NCBI RefSeq assembly: GCF_006345805.1 | Contig: NC_043007.1 | Coordinates: forward strand, 49,972,001 to 50,036,000 | Length of the DNA stretch: 64,000 nucleotides | Reading direction: 5' to 3' | Source of the DNA: Octopus sinensis | Lineage: Eukaryota | Shown: piece by piece, positions 51,396 through 64,000 of the stretch | Numbering within the stretch: the stretch's first letter is position 1 | How the letters are laid out: each line of letters starts with the position of its first letter | The notes under the pieces: generated by a model | Databases searched by the model: none | What the model was told of the DNA's origin: nothing | The model's input: only the letters and a program-made list of their open reading frames with translations | Program-made: the position numbers and the translations under genes

Positions 51396-52657
51396 TTAGG
51401 TTGTGAAGAAAATTCTTGTGGAATTTAAAATTTTGGTTTTAAATTATGTATTTTCAAATTAATTTTATATCATTTTAAAGCCCGTTTTTCGCTCTATCTA
51501 ATCATGTTACTCTTTTCCCTTTAGGCCATTTTTTCCGGAACGTTGAATACAACATGGACAAAAAGCGAATTCGCACAATTTTCTTATTCCAGTTCAAGAT
51601 AGGCCGAAAAGCGGCTGAAACAGCTCGCGATATCAACGATGCGTTTGGCCCAGGAACCACTAATGAACGTACAGCACAATGGTGGTTCAAGAAATTTTGT
51701 AGCGGTGGCGAGAGTCTTGAAGAAAATAAGCATAGTGGTCGTCCACAGGATGCTGATAACGAGCAACTAAGAGCCTTAGTCGAAACTAATCCACGCACAA
51801 CTGTTCGAGAGCCTGCTTCTGAATTAGTCGTAACGTAAACAACAATTTCCAACCACTTGAAAGAGATTGGAAAAACAAAAATACTTGAGAAATGAGTGCC
51901 GCACGAATTTAACGACAACCCAAAACAAAAAAAAACGTCATTTTGAAGTGTCGTCTTCCCTTCTTTTATGCAACAAGAACGACCCGTTTCTCGACCGGAT
52001 TGTGACTTGCGATGAAAAGTGGATTCTTTACGAGAATCAGCGACGCTCAGGTCAGTGGTTGGACGCCGACGAAGCCCCACGGCACATCCCGAAGCCAAAG
52101 TTGCACCAAATGAGGGTCATGATAACTGTTTGGTGGTCTGTGGCCAGTCTCATCCATCACAGCTTTTTGGATACAAGTGAAACCATTACAGCAGAGAAGT
52201 AATGTCAGCAAATGGATGAAATGCATAAGAAACTCCGACAACAACAGCCAGCATTGGTCAATAGAAAAGGACCAATTCTTCTCCACGACAACGCTCAGCC
52301 GCACGTCGCACAACTGACTCTTCAGAAGTTGAACGAATTGGGCTACGAAACTCTGCCTCATCCGCCATACTCACCAGACCTCTTGCCAACCGACTACCAC
52401 TTTTTCAAGTATCTCGACAACTTCCTGCGTGAGAAGTGCTTCAAAAACCAAGACGATGCCAAACACGTCTTCAACGACTTCATCGCCACCAGATCGCAGG
52501 ATTTTTACGCTACTGGCATAAATAAGCTTGTTTCGCGTTGGCAAAAGTGTGTTGATTCTGATGGTATTTATTTCGATTAATAAAGTTTTGTTTGAGCCGG
52601 GATATTTGCATCTGAATTTAAAGGTTAAAAACCGTAAGAACTTTCTTGACAACCTAA
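51396..52657 (+). mobile_element. Mariner (DD34D) transposon, full length 1262 bp, TA target duplication
   Basis: TIRs TTAGGTTGTGAAGAAAATTCTTGTGG / rc TTAGGTTGTCAAGAAAGTTCTTACGG; TA at 51394-51395 and 52658-52659. Confidence 0.95.
51554..52580 (+). pseudogene. Mariner transposase pseudogene
   Basis: HTH QFKIGRKAAETARDINDAFG; VTCDEKWILY; LLHDNAQPH; HPPYSPDLLPTDYHFF; in-frame stops and a frameshift near 51840-51930 and 52200. Confidence 0.95.
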
Positions 52658-52786
52658 TATAAAAGCGTTAAAAGCTAGTTTATTTTTATGTTTTTTTATT
52701 TATTGTTGGTGTTACTTAATATGTTTTGCTAAAATAATTGTTTCTTTTCAGAAATCCTCAGAGAAAGGTACTTAAAATTCATTAAA

Positions 52787-53816
52787 ATGTCAGATCTATC
52801 GGATTTTCAAAGAGGTCAAATTGTTGGTGCTCGTATGGCTGGCGCTAGCGTAACGAAAACAGCCGAAATGTTTGGTGTATCAAGAAGTAGTCTCGATAGC
52901 AATGACAGCCTTTGAGAAAGAGGGAAAAACCTCCACGTCGAAACAAAACTCCGGAAGAAAATCAAAACTTTCAGATAAGGACCGTCGGACTCTTACGCGA
53001 ATTGTTAGAAACGATCACAAAAGTACAGCTCCTAATATTACTGTAGAGCTTTATGACCACCTCGAGAACCTGTTCCCCTGTAGTTGCGCAAAAGCCGGAT
53101 TTTAAGTGAAGGCTGCAATCAGAAAACCACTACTTTCAAAAACAAACGTTGCAAAGCGTTTAGAGTCGAGTAAAAACCTACAGAATTGGTCCCTTGAGCA
53201 GTGGAAGAATGCTATTTTCTCGGACGAGTCATCCATTATCTTATTTCCGACCACCCGCCAAGTATACGTGTGGAGACAGCGAAAAGAAGCATTTGACCCA
53301 GACTGCCTTCTTCCAACTGTTTAACCAAAATTTCTTGAACCACATGGAGGAGGATCTGTAATGGTCTGGAGGGCTATATCTTGGAAATCCGCTGGCCCAT
53401 TGGTTTCCCCTCATGGCATAATTAATAGTCAATACTATTTAAGTATTTTATCCGATCAAATTCATCCTATGCTTCGGGAGCTGCTTCCGGAGGGAAACGT
53501 AACCTTTCAGGATGATAATGCACCAATTCACACAGATAAAGTTGTTACTGAATGGCACGAGGAACATTCTAGTGAAGTTGAACATCTTATCTGCTCACCA
53601 CAGTCTCCAGATCTCAGTATTATTGAAAATTTACGGTGCATTTTAGAAAAGCAAATAAGGAGTGGATATCCTCCACCATCATCACAAGAACTGGAAACAG
53701 TTTTAGCCGAAGAATGGACAAAAATTCCTTTGGAAACAATTCAAATTTTGTACGAGTCTATACCTCGTAGAATTCAAGCTGTAATTACTGCCAAATGTGG
53801 TCCTATCCCATATTAA
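52787..53816 (+). pseudogene. Tc1 transposase pseudogene
   Basis: MSDLSDFQRGQIVGARMAG; FSDES; FQDDNAPIH; SPDLSIIENL (DD34E); several frameshifts. Confidence 0.95.
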
Positions 53817-54029
53817 GAGACATTTGTTTGAAATTTTAAGGTGTTTCCATTATTTTGTCCAGCTCCTGTTCGTACAGATCTCAGGGTCAGCTACTACCTG
53901 ACTATTTACTACCTACCTGTGCAGCTATGCATGTATGTATGTATGTATGTATGTAGGTATGGATGTATGTATGTATGTATGTATGTATGTATGTATGTAT
54001 GTATGTATGTATGTATGTATGTATGTATG

Positions 54030-54075
<46 letters not shown>

Positions 54076-54189
54076 ACTAGCTAGCTAGCTGGCTACCTAG
54101 ATAGCTAGCTATCTCTTCTTGTCCAACTACTTTACAATCTACATATCTATTACACGTCTGTCTGTATATTCGTCTGTGTTTGTGTCATT

Positions 54190-54390
54190 GTTAGCTCAAT
54201 CGCAGCTGTCACTACAATAACCATTGTTCCCCCACTTTATGACAATTTGTCTTATCTGACCGATCTGGTCACAACCGTGACAGGGCATTTCAACCACCCC
54301 TTTACCCCTATACTCTTGCATGCATACATATACAGATTCGTACATACATACAAACATACTAACATCTGTGCATATATATATATGTGTGTG

Positions 54391-54435
<45 letters not shown>

Positions 54436-54700
54436 ATATGTATGTATGCATGTATGTATGTATGTATGAATATATATACATACATATATATGCATATATA
54501 TATATATATATACTTACATACTTGTCTATGTATGTTCCACTGTGTATATATATATGTATGCAAATATATGGATGTATATATATTCATACGTACATGCATA
54601 CATATATAGATAGATATGCTTACCTCTGTATGTGCTACTGTATATATATATATATATATATATAATATATTATATATATATATATATATGTATATGTATA

Positions 54701-54746
<46 letters not shown>

Positions 54747-54773
54747 GAGAGAGAGAGATACACACACATACGA

Positions 54774-54840
<67 letters not shown>
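54190..54840. repeat. Compound (TA)/(TATG)/(TG)/(GA) microsatellite block
   Basis: Direct reading. Confidence 0.9.
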
Positions 54841-54989
54841 CATATATGCCTGTGTTTTTTTTATGTGTTATACGCATGCTTGTGAATGTGTTAGACTTGT
54901 GCTGTGCGTGTGTCTGTTTTGTTTCTATTTTGTTGTCATACACTTCGATTTTTCATCCTATGACATTGATACCGGATACAAACTTGATG

Positions 54990-55880
54990 AAGTACACCAT
55001 GACCACCATCATCAGCACCATAGTCACTACCACCACCACGTCCACCATCACCGCCATCATTACTACCACCACAATCACCACCTCCATCACACCCACCACC
55101 ACCACCATCATGACCGCAGCCACTATAACAACTGCACCAACATCAACAAAAGGCGCGCCCTTTCCAATGGGATCTAGTCCTTCGCCACTCTACCATCATC
55201 CTAGCATCACCGACAGCAACACTATCAGCACCGCCATCAGCACTACCACCGCTACTATCACCTCTATCAACCAACTAATAATTGACACCATGATACACAT
55301 GCTTTATACAAAGCTATTTCCTCTAGGGAGTTTTAGCTACTCTTTCTACTCCATCACACTTATGTGTGTTGTCTTCATCGTCATCGTCATCGCCTCTATT
55401 GTTGTTGTTGTTGCTGTTGTTGTTGTTGTTGTGGTTTTTGTTGTTGTATTATCGATACGTTGCAAGTTGTTGCTTTGACTTGTTATTTGAAGTTATTACT
55501 TATGTTGTTGTTGTCGTCCTCGTTCGTGTTATTGATGTTGCTGATATAAATGATGTTTTATGGCGAGTATCATTGCTGCCGTTATTAGTGATGGCAGCAG
55601 CGATAGTCAATCAGCGATGATGACCATGATAATGATGGTGTCGACGGTGATGGTGGTGGTAGTGGTTGTGGTAGTGGTGTTACAGCCGCTGCTGTTATTG
55701 CTGCTGCTGATGATGATGATAACGACGACGACAAAGTCAACGTTGAGGATGATGATGATCATCATCATCCTCATGTTGATGACGATTCATAATGATGATG
55801 ACGATGACGATGACGATGATGATGATGATGATTAGGACGACGAGGACGACGATGTAGACGACGGTGATGATGATGATCAA
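54990..55880. repeat. Degenerate trinucleotide low-complexity region (CAC/CAT/GTT/GAT)
   Basis: Direct reading. Confidence 0.85.
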
Positions 55881-56699
55881 TGAGACATTTCCAATGATGA
55901 CAACACAGTTGACGACTTTGAGAGATAGGATCGATAATTGGCGCCTGTGAAGGGGAGTAGCGGTGTGTGCTAGGCGGAGCCGTCTGTCAGTCTCCACTGT
56001 TTAGAGATGTATTGTTTCTGTGGCCACCAACCCTCCCACCCGATCTAACCTATTTCCGGTGTGAATCTCTTTATTCCCAGCAGGGCATGTAACACACATG
56101 TGGTAGACACTGTAGTATTTTTGATAATGTTGTGGTTTCTGCATAATTACTGTTGTTGTTGATGATTTTACTGGTGATGATGATTATGATGACGATTGTG
56201 GTGGTGGTGTTGATAATAGAATGATAATGATGATGATGATGATGATGATGATGAAGTCGATGATGTTACTGTAGTATACCGGTAACTCTTACTAGGAGAA
56301 AGTCTGTGAGACAATTTAAAACAATGTCAATTTATTTTTCGACATCTATTCCAATACCATCTACCTACTGACGTAATCAACTGCATAGTATAGCTGGTAC
56401 TTATTATAGTTATTTAGCTCCAGGAAAGACCTACTGGACCAGATGCAAGGACAAATGTGTTCTAGCCTGCATAATCTTGTCTTTGTTTAAGCATAGTCTA
56501 AGAACACTCTAAATTTCCCTTTCTGGCGGGTATCAGAGGGAAATGTCACAAACAAAACTTTGGTTAAACTTTGTTCCATCAAGCGTATAGAAAGAGGCAA
56601 AGTTTTGGGAGTTTTCAGTGAATACAGCTACGATTGTTTAGACTGATGACGTGTGTGTGCGTGCGTGGTAGAGAAATGTGCATATGCCCATATACAGGG

Positions 56700-57051
<352 letters not shown>

Positions 57052-57080
57052 CAAAATAAAAACATGATGCCAAGGATTCA

Positions 57081-57158
57081 GCGGTACATATGTTTCAGGC
57101 CTTTATTAGACGGATTTATAACAATGCATAATGTGTGTCTATGGCCTTCTTCAGCCGC
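57081..57158 (-). ncRNA. Intact-looking type-I hammerhead ribozyme
   Basis: Minus: GCGG-CTGAAGA-AGGCC[about 41 nt]GGCCT-GAAA-CATATG-TA-CCGC; all core nucleotides and helices present. Confidence 0.8.
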
Positions 57159-57268
57159 GCCAAAAATTTTTGTGCTGGTGCCGCATTATGTCGTACGCGA
57201 CTAAGAGGATTTGCATCCCCAACGTAGAATTTTTGATGTAATACATGTCCTTGAAGTAGTAATTGTGC

Positions 57269-57346
57269 GCGGCTGAAGAAGGCCATAGACACACATTATG
57301 CATTGTTATAAATCTGTCTAATAAAGGCCTGAATCATATGTACCGC
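57269..57346 (+). ncRNA. Type-I hammerhead with GAAT in place of GAAA
   Basis: Same family; A15.1 to U change at 57334. Confidence 0.6.
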
Positions 57347-57749
57347 TGAATCCTTGGCATCATGTTTTTATTTTGATTAATTTACTCCATCACCTACACC
57401 ACCAAACGGTATATACAGGTGCTTACAATTATCAAGTACTCACCCTGAATTTATATATATATATATATATATTTATGTATATATGAATATGTGAAACTGA
57501 AGCTGACCTGGGGTAAAGAGGGTATGTCATTGATGACGTGCTAGTAGCAACGAAAGGAATTTTGATTTATAATGATAAAAGAAATGCAAAAGAATCAATG
57601 AGTGTGCATATTAATGATGTAGTGACCCTCCTGGGATGCAACAAAATAGGCTTCAATACGTTTTCGCATCAAGGATCTTGTAAAGGAAAAGAAAACTATG
57701 CGTGTGTGTTTATGTGTACGTTTATATATGTATATGTGTACACACACAT

Positions 57750-57781
<32 letters not shown>

Positions 57782-57884
57782 GTATATATATATGTTTCTG
57801 TGTGTGTGTGTGCGCGTGTCTCTATGTATATATATGTATATATAAGTATGGATATATATCCACATATATGTGCGCCGCGCGCAT

Positions 57885-57924
<40 letters not shown>

Positions 57925-58367
57925 TATATATGCATATACATAAATATATATGTATGTATGTATATATGTATAAGAAATTAAAAAGGGAAAATACGCGCTC
58001 TTTACATAGTCTTAATATAATTTTTAATATATTGACCGATTTCGCTATCACTATTCATGATATCATGTTTTACTTATTTGAATATGTATTTTCTTAAGAA
58101 GAAATTTTGTCCATGTTGTGTGCGATGATATTTACGCGTGAATTAGTTCACAAGTAGAAAAATAAGGGAAGGTAATTGGTTATCCTTATTATTGTTATTG
58201 TTCTGGGTAAGGGAGATAACTGTTCAGCTTTCGGTAATGGGAGGGGAATATATATGTATAGACAAAAATAGGTTTCGAAAACCTTGTTTAGGAGGGGATT
58301 TATGTACAGTGATGTAATCGTGAATTGAATTATGGAAAAAGATAAAAGTTGGTTATGCTGTTTTACT

Positions 58368-58580
58368 CTTTAACTCTTTTACTTGTTTCAGTCATTTGAC
58401 TGCTGCCATGCGGGAGCACCGCCTTTTGCTGAGCAAATCGACCCCAGGACTCATTTATTGTAAGCCTAGTACTTATTCTATCGGGCTCCTTTTACCGAAC
58501 CGCTAAGTTACGGGGACGTAAACACATCAGCATCGCTTGTCAAGCGCTGTTGGGGGACAAACACAGACACGCAAACATGT
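58368..58580 (-). mobile_element. SINE family A, 3' half
   Basis: GTTTCAGTCATTTGACTGCTGCCATGCGGGAGCACC. Confidence 0.8.
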
Positions 58581-58604
58581 ACACACATACATATGCATGC
58601 ATAT

Positions 58605-59230
58605 TAAGATGTGTTCTGTATTTTTCAATGAAAAAGTTTCTTTATTTAAACGTTCTTGTGAAGAGATCGTGTCTTTGCCCCGGATAGAAGGGGAAGACTG
58701 TGAAATTTGGCTTGATGCTATCTGCACATTGTCCTATATGTTCACTGAGAGGAATTTGCCTGTATTGCGGGAAACGGATTTGCTCTTTATGTAGAGTGGT
58801 TCTCTTTCTCAAGGTCATACCCGTCCGTCCAATATAATTGCGTCCGCAACCCAAGCAGGTTCTCAGAGGCACAAGTGAAACTAGTTTTAATTGTGAACCT
58901 CTGTCCTTGTTTGAAAAGTTTGGGGCAGGTTCCACAATTTGGGCGTCCTCATTTTTCAACCGTTGGTTTCGTGGTTGTTTTGTAAAGCTTCGCATTTGTT
59001 GGTAGTATCTTTAGAAATTTGTCTTGCTTTTTACATTTGATGAGTTTGTGTGTTTTCAGGATGTCGTTCATTTTTGGATCTCTAGTTAGTAAAGGAAGAT
59101 TTCGCACAATAGTGTTTCTGGGGTTGTGTGTTGATATAAATAATAATGATTTGGGAAGAATGCTGACAAAATTGAAACAGCACCAGAATTTGACTCTGCA
59201 GGCAGTGGCAGAGTGATGTCATAGAATTAT
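58605..59230 (-). mobile_element. Penelope-like GIY-YIG endonuclease remnant, second lineage
   Basis: CLGCGRNYIGRTGMTLRKRTTLHKEQIRFPQYRQIPLSEHIGQC in ORF 58642-58995. Confidence 0.8.
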
Positions 59231-59399
59231 TAATCTTCGACATGACGCAAGTAAAATCGAAGGAAAGGATTACTCTCACATACATGCGTGCCGATCTGTA
59301 AAGGATAAGGGAACAGAAAAACGAAGATCAAAACCCAATCCATGCTATGGGTGCGTAGGTCTACATTTTAGAAATAACTGTCCGTTTAAAAATTTTTAA

Positions 59400-60780
59400 T
59401 GTTCTAACTGTCAAAACATTGGATATAAAAGCTCACATTGCAGAGTAAAAAAAAAACAAAAACAAAGGTCGAACGAAAAGGTTTCTGGAAAGGTTTTCTC
59501 AACAGAAAGTCTAGTCGAGGTTCACAAAAGAAAGTAGTGTACCAAAAAATTGATAATGTGAGCATGAAGGTACAGCTAGATACAGGCGGTGTTATTACAA
59601 TTATTATTACTGACACATGGGAAAACATAGGAAAGCCTACATTAATGAAAATTTTAAAGTTTACGAAAGGTTTCTCAAAAAAAAAAAGCATTTTGGGGGC
59701 GACATGATAACTAAGTTTACATTTCAGGGTAAAACAATGAAAGCAAAAGTTTTGTGTTGAATAATGCAACAAACCTGTTCGGTATTGACTGGATGGAATT
59801 GTTTAATTTATGGGACCTCATGAGTTACAAAATTTTCTACAAAATGTGTACAGTTGAACACATCTTTACTCCGCCATATTACCCAGCAAGCGGAACGGAT
59901 CGTGGATACATCTAAAAGGGCATTAAAGAAATCAAGAAACGAGCTAGACGGTGATGCAGCATTGGCACAATTCTTGAGGGTTTATAGGATAACACCAAAC
60001 AGAAAGAATTTTTCAGGCAAGTTGCCTGCGGAATTAACGTTTTCTCGAAAAATAAAGTCAATTGTTGACAAACTGTTGCTAGTAAGAAAAACAAATAAGG
60101 AAAACACTAAAAATACGACAAAGTATTTTAATATCGGTGACAAGGTGTATTTCAAAAATATATAAGAATGGAAAAAAGTTTGGAAAGACGGATTTATAAC
60201 AAAAAGAAAGGGCAAAATGACATATATGATAGGAAGTGAAAAATGGGAACACAAAAGACATTTAAACCAGCTAAAAAGTAGATATACAGAAAAAAGAAAA
60301 GAGACACCCATGGAAGTGCTCTATGACAACTTTGATGTTCCATAGCGACAAGAAGTCGAACCTAGGCGTAGCAGCACAAGAAAGGGGAAACAAACAGAAC
60401 GGTTGGAAGCAGTGCCTAAACGGAAATAATATTAAACTTCCCTAAGAAGTAACTCTCAAAAAGGGGGGTGTGGTGAAAGAAAAAAAATATAATAAAAATA
60501 ATAATTATATTAACTTCCAACGGAAGTCAGTCTCAAAAGGAGGAGATGTTGTAGCGAGAGTCACTGACACCCCTGTGGGACTGGAAGAATAGATTAGTCT
60601 AGCTCTTATAATAAAAAATAGCGTATTGGTTGGGACAACAGAGGGAAGTCAGAGGAGTGTATTGAGAGTTCGTGGAAGTCGTAGGAAGTCGTTGAGATCG
60701 TTAAGAGTCTGCATTTATCGGAGTATCGTGTTCAGTTGAGTAATTTCAAGTACGTCGTGTAAAGGCAGTTGCGTCTATCC
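59400..60780 (+). mobile_element. Gypsy (K02A2.6-like) deletion derivative: protease region joined to integrase C-terminus, PPT and LTR start
   Basis: VQLDTG protease motif (ORF 59438-59707); QQAERIVDTSKRALKK...FLRVYRITPN (59854-60165); similarity to 4240-4620; PPT AAAAGGAGGAGA followed by TG at 60547. Confidence 0.75.
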
Positions 60781-61004
60781 CCGCTTCGGGAAATCTGAAC
60801 ATCTACCGAAAAGAAAGATATGAATGAATAAATAAATATATGTCTGTGTGTGTCTGTGAATATGTGAATGTGTGTGTGCGTGTGTGTGTGTATGTGTGTG
60901 TGTATGTGTGTGTATGTGTGTGTGTGTATGTGTGTGTGTGTGTGTACATGTGTATGTGTATATATACATAAATTTATCTATACATGTATATATATCTTTC
61001 AGCT

Positions 61005-61395
61005 ATTTTAAACTTTTTCAGTCAGTAGACTGCAGCCATGCTGCGGCACCTACTGGAAGAATGTTTAGTTGAATGAATCGACCCAAGTACATTTTATTTT
61101 TTAAAGCCTGCTACGTAATCTATTGATCTCCATACTGAACCGCTAACTTATGGGCACGTAAACACACCAACACCGGTTGTCAAGCAGTGGTGGGGTGACA
61201 AACATGACACAGAGCCACATACACACATATATTTATGACGAGCTTCTTTCTATTTTCGCCTACCAAATCCACACATAAGGCTTTGGCCAGACTGAGGCTA
61301 TAGCAGAAGATATTTGCCTTAGGTGGCACGAAGTGTGACTGAGTCCGGAAACATATGGTGGCGAGTAAACGATTTACCACACAGCCACGCCTATG
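61005..61395 (-). mobile_element. SINE family A, decayed
   Basis: TTCAGTCAGTAGACTGCAGCCATGC tail; TACCACACAGCCACGCC head. Confidence 0.75.
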
Positions 61396-61411
61396 TCATT
61401 ATATATATATA

Positions 61412-61453
<42 letters not shown>

Positions 61454-61490
61454 GTATGTATGTATGTATGTATATACGTATGTATGTATG

Positions 61491-61541
<51 letters not shown>

Positions 61542-61831
61542 GTATGTATGTGTATAATCACACACACACAAACATACATACATGCATACATACATACATA
61601 CGAACATACATACAAATAAATGTATATCAAATACCATATCATACAGCATAAATTCTTGATTTGTATGAATTGCCTCCGTCTCTAGAGGATTTGACATAAT
61701 TACCAAATGAAAATTGAAAATTGGGACCAGCTCTATCCGATATAGAGGAGATAATCTCTAGAACCAGAAATTAACCACAGCTGACATTCAGGAAAACAGA
61801 GGCTTAATATCTAGAGATTAGACTGTAGTCG

Positions 61832-61870
61832 TTGCGACGTGTTTCTGCCTCAATAGGCGTTATCAGCATG
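61832..61870 (-). ncRNA. Degenerate minimal hammerhead
   Basis: Minus: CTGATAA-C-GCCT ATTG AGGC-A-GAAA-CACG-TC; G8 mutated, stem I poor. Confidence 0.35.
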
Positions 61871-61984
61871 ATAACTATCCAGCCTTATCTCCAACATAAG
61901 AGTAGAACACACTTATGGTCTAGGTAATTTCCGTAAAAATGAGTAATATCTTATAAATAGGTACTTGCATGCATGCATGAATAC

Positions 61985-62031
<47 letters not shown>

Positions 62032-62289
62032 TATATATTAAAAAATTAGGATAAAATCTTAATAAGAAATCTTAACAAGAAATTATCAGGTAGTTAGCGT
62101 GAAAAACCTCATAAGAGAAAAAATCTGTAAATTTTTTCACTCGAAAATATTTATTTATATTATATTTAGAGGGCATTATTACATATAAATGCCACACGCT
62201 TGGAGGGACTTTTAAAGTCATAACTACCAAAACTAAACGAATCGTACCGAATGCAGCTCTCGAAGCAAGACATTTAAAAACAGAATTTA

Positions 62290-62353
62290 GTTCCAGATCA
62301 CCTGTGATTTCGCAATTAACGTATTATCTACGTCTCTTGTTCTTCAGTGAAAC
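62290..62353 (-). ncRNA. Type-I hammerhead ribozyme
   Basis: Minus: GTTTCA-CTGAAGA-ACAAGAGACGTAGATAATACGTTAATTGC-GAAA-TCACAGGTGA-TC-TGGAAC; 6-bp stem I; AUC site; basal stem II mismatch. Confidence 0.7.
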
Positions 62354-62691
62354 GAATTCAAAATATATCATGAATGAACAAATAATGCCCTCTATATATA
62401 ATATAAATAAATATTTTCGAGTGAAAAAATTTACAGATTTTTTCTCTTATGAGGTTTTTCACGCTAACTACCTGATAATTTCTTGTTAAGATTTCTTATT
62501 AAGATTTATGCTAATTTTAAAATTTGTTCCGAAGAAGCACGTTTCTTACCGAAATGCAGCTCGAAAAAGCCCGCCATTTACATAAATATATGAGGAGTGA
62601 ACATTTTCATGTGCTACGATGGAGGCGACGGTTGTCTGTTTGGTTCCGCCGGGTATGTTGGTTTTGTTCATTCATGATATATTTTGAATTC

Positions 62692-62755
62692 GTTTCACTG
62701 AAGAACAAGAGACGTAGATAATACATTAATTGCGAAATCAGAGGTGATCTGGAAC
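62692..62755 (+). ncRNA. Type-I hammerhead ribozyme, inverted partner
   Basis: Same motif with 2 substitutions. Confidence 0.65.
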
Positions 62756-62876
62756 TAAATTCTGTTTTTAAATGTCTTGCTTCGAGAGCTGCATTCGGTA
62801 CGATTCGTTTAGTTTTGGTAGTTATGACTTTAAAAGTCCCTCCAAGCGTGTGGCATTTATGTGTAATAATGCCCTC

Positions 62877-62930
<54 letters not shown>

Positions 62931-63353
62931 CACGGGTACGTAGAAATTCCGGGATGGTGTCCGGCGTGCTAGATGACCACTGGGAGGGAGGCACCCCTTA
63001 GCTTCTGTTGGAGCATGTCTCTCTGATATAAAACCAGATATGCAGGGAGTGGTATTGGACATTTTGGGGGATCTTTGGTTTGTACTAGAGATCATGTCAC
63101 TCTCATATCTCTAAGCCTGCGACTCATATTGGCACCAGACAACTTGCTCTGGCTTGTCTCTGTATAATGTCAATAGAGTGGAGACGGTCTATGAGGTGTC
63201 GTGCAAGCCTTATTGGACCTAAAACTCCGCACAGGCATTGCCTGTCTCTGCTCGATATGTGCTGCTTTTTTTTCTATATCCTCGCGCACAATGTTCCTGA
63301 AGGTCAGCAATGGTCTTCCCCGTTCACGAGTGAACGGCCATTAGATATCTATC

Positions 63354-63416
<63 letters not shown>

Positions 63417-63896
63417 TGTGCGTGTGTGTGCGCGCGCGCATGCATCTCTCTCTATATATATATGTATACGTATGTATATGTATATGTATATATGTATACA
63501 CACATAAATTCAGCAGTATCAGCACTAAGCAGTGTTTAGATATAAGCAAACTTAGTTTTGTTAAATATTTTTGTAACGTATTTCAACTTCTAAAGGCGAA
63601 TTCACTGCAGTTACCGTTGAGAGAAAATTCATTGTTATGCTAGAAAGTATAAAAATATCATATCTGCACAATATTGCCCCCTGTCGTATTCTCAGATGCA
63701 GCGTTTCTAGCTCTTTAGCTGGTAAGAATGGAGAATACTGAACAGAATACTGGAAGAAGTAAAGCCGTATCTTTAATTAAACTCATTCAACAACTCTAAT
63801 TGGATTGCGCAATTAGACCGGCTGGTGGGGAGAAGTTCAGCAGTATCAGCGCCAAGCAGTATTTAGGCATAAGAGAAATTTAGTTTAGTGTATATA

Positions 63897-63954
<58 letters not shown>

Positions 63955-64000
63955 GCAGTGAAGTTAAAGGGATACATTATACTAACGGTTACTGTGTTTC

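Larger units (their letters stand above)
51334..53868 (+). mobile_element. Tc1-family (DD34E) transposon, full length, interrupted by a mariner
   Basis: TIRs CAGGGATCGGACAAAATAATGGAAACATCTT / rc CAGGAGCTGGACAAAATAATGGAAACACCTT; left TA at 51332-51333, right TA mutated to TT. Confidence 0.9.
57048..57380. repeat. Inverted pair 57048-57160 / 57267-57380 with opposed HHRs
   Basis: Arms are reverse complements with 2-3 differences; about 105-bp spacer. Confidence 0.9.
62041..62890. repeat. Fold-back cassette rc(X)-rc(Y) / X-spacer-Y-X(partial) between (TA)n tracts, with opposed HHRs
   Basis: 62041-62180 vs 62381-62518 inverted; 62180-62381 vs 62664-62865 inverted; 62865-62890 repeats 62381-62405. 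Confidence 0.9.

Noticed and set aside
54798-55478. 226-aa Thr/His-rich ORF resembling a mucin-like protein
   Set aside because: Built from (TG)n and degenerate CAC/GTT repeats; no signal peptide, splice context or codon structure.
62525-62566. CCGAAGA...GAAATGCAGCTC
   Set aside because: Core mutated and no convincing stem II; may be a relic but unsupported.
63505-63895. About 55-bp imperfect direct repeat (63508 and 63837) and a possible HHR shell at 63680-63745
   Set aside because: Catalytic core missing and the element may be cut by the window end; not classifiable.

Overview
AT-rich, microsatellite-dense animal genomic DNA. The tRNA-derived SINEs resemble described octopus families, so a cephalopod (octopus) source is likely; this is inferred from repeat recognition, not from a database search. 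No host protein-coding exon, rRNA, genuine tRNA or CRISPR could be supported, so the window is intergenic or deep intronic. Contents: two decayed Ty3/gypsy (K02A2.6-like) copies; four R4/Dong-like RLE non-LTR retrotransposon pieces, three abutting (TAA)n-type microsatellites; an RTE-like 3' end; two clear and one weak Penelope-like (GIY-YIG) remnants; a full-length mariner nested in a full-length Tc1, plus a mariner fragment; about 20 SINE copies. The most notable signal, found by manual reading, is about 16 type-I hammerhead ribozyme (HHR) motifs of several unrelated sequence families, most with the palindromic stem III typical of Penelope/retrozyme HHRs. Several look catalytically intact or nearly so (49905-49955, 57081-57158 minus, 46214-46291, 47737/48012, 62290/62692). 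They occur in an identical tandem 275-bp repeat and in three divergent inverted-pair cassettes, two of which share the same topology despite unrelated sequence. All folds were checked by eye; none were computed or tested. Nearly all ORFs in the supplied track are microsatellite translations or transposon fragments. Frequent single-A indels suggest long-read sequencing error, so some frameshifts and perfect duplications may be artefacts.
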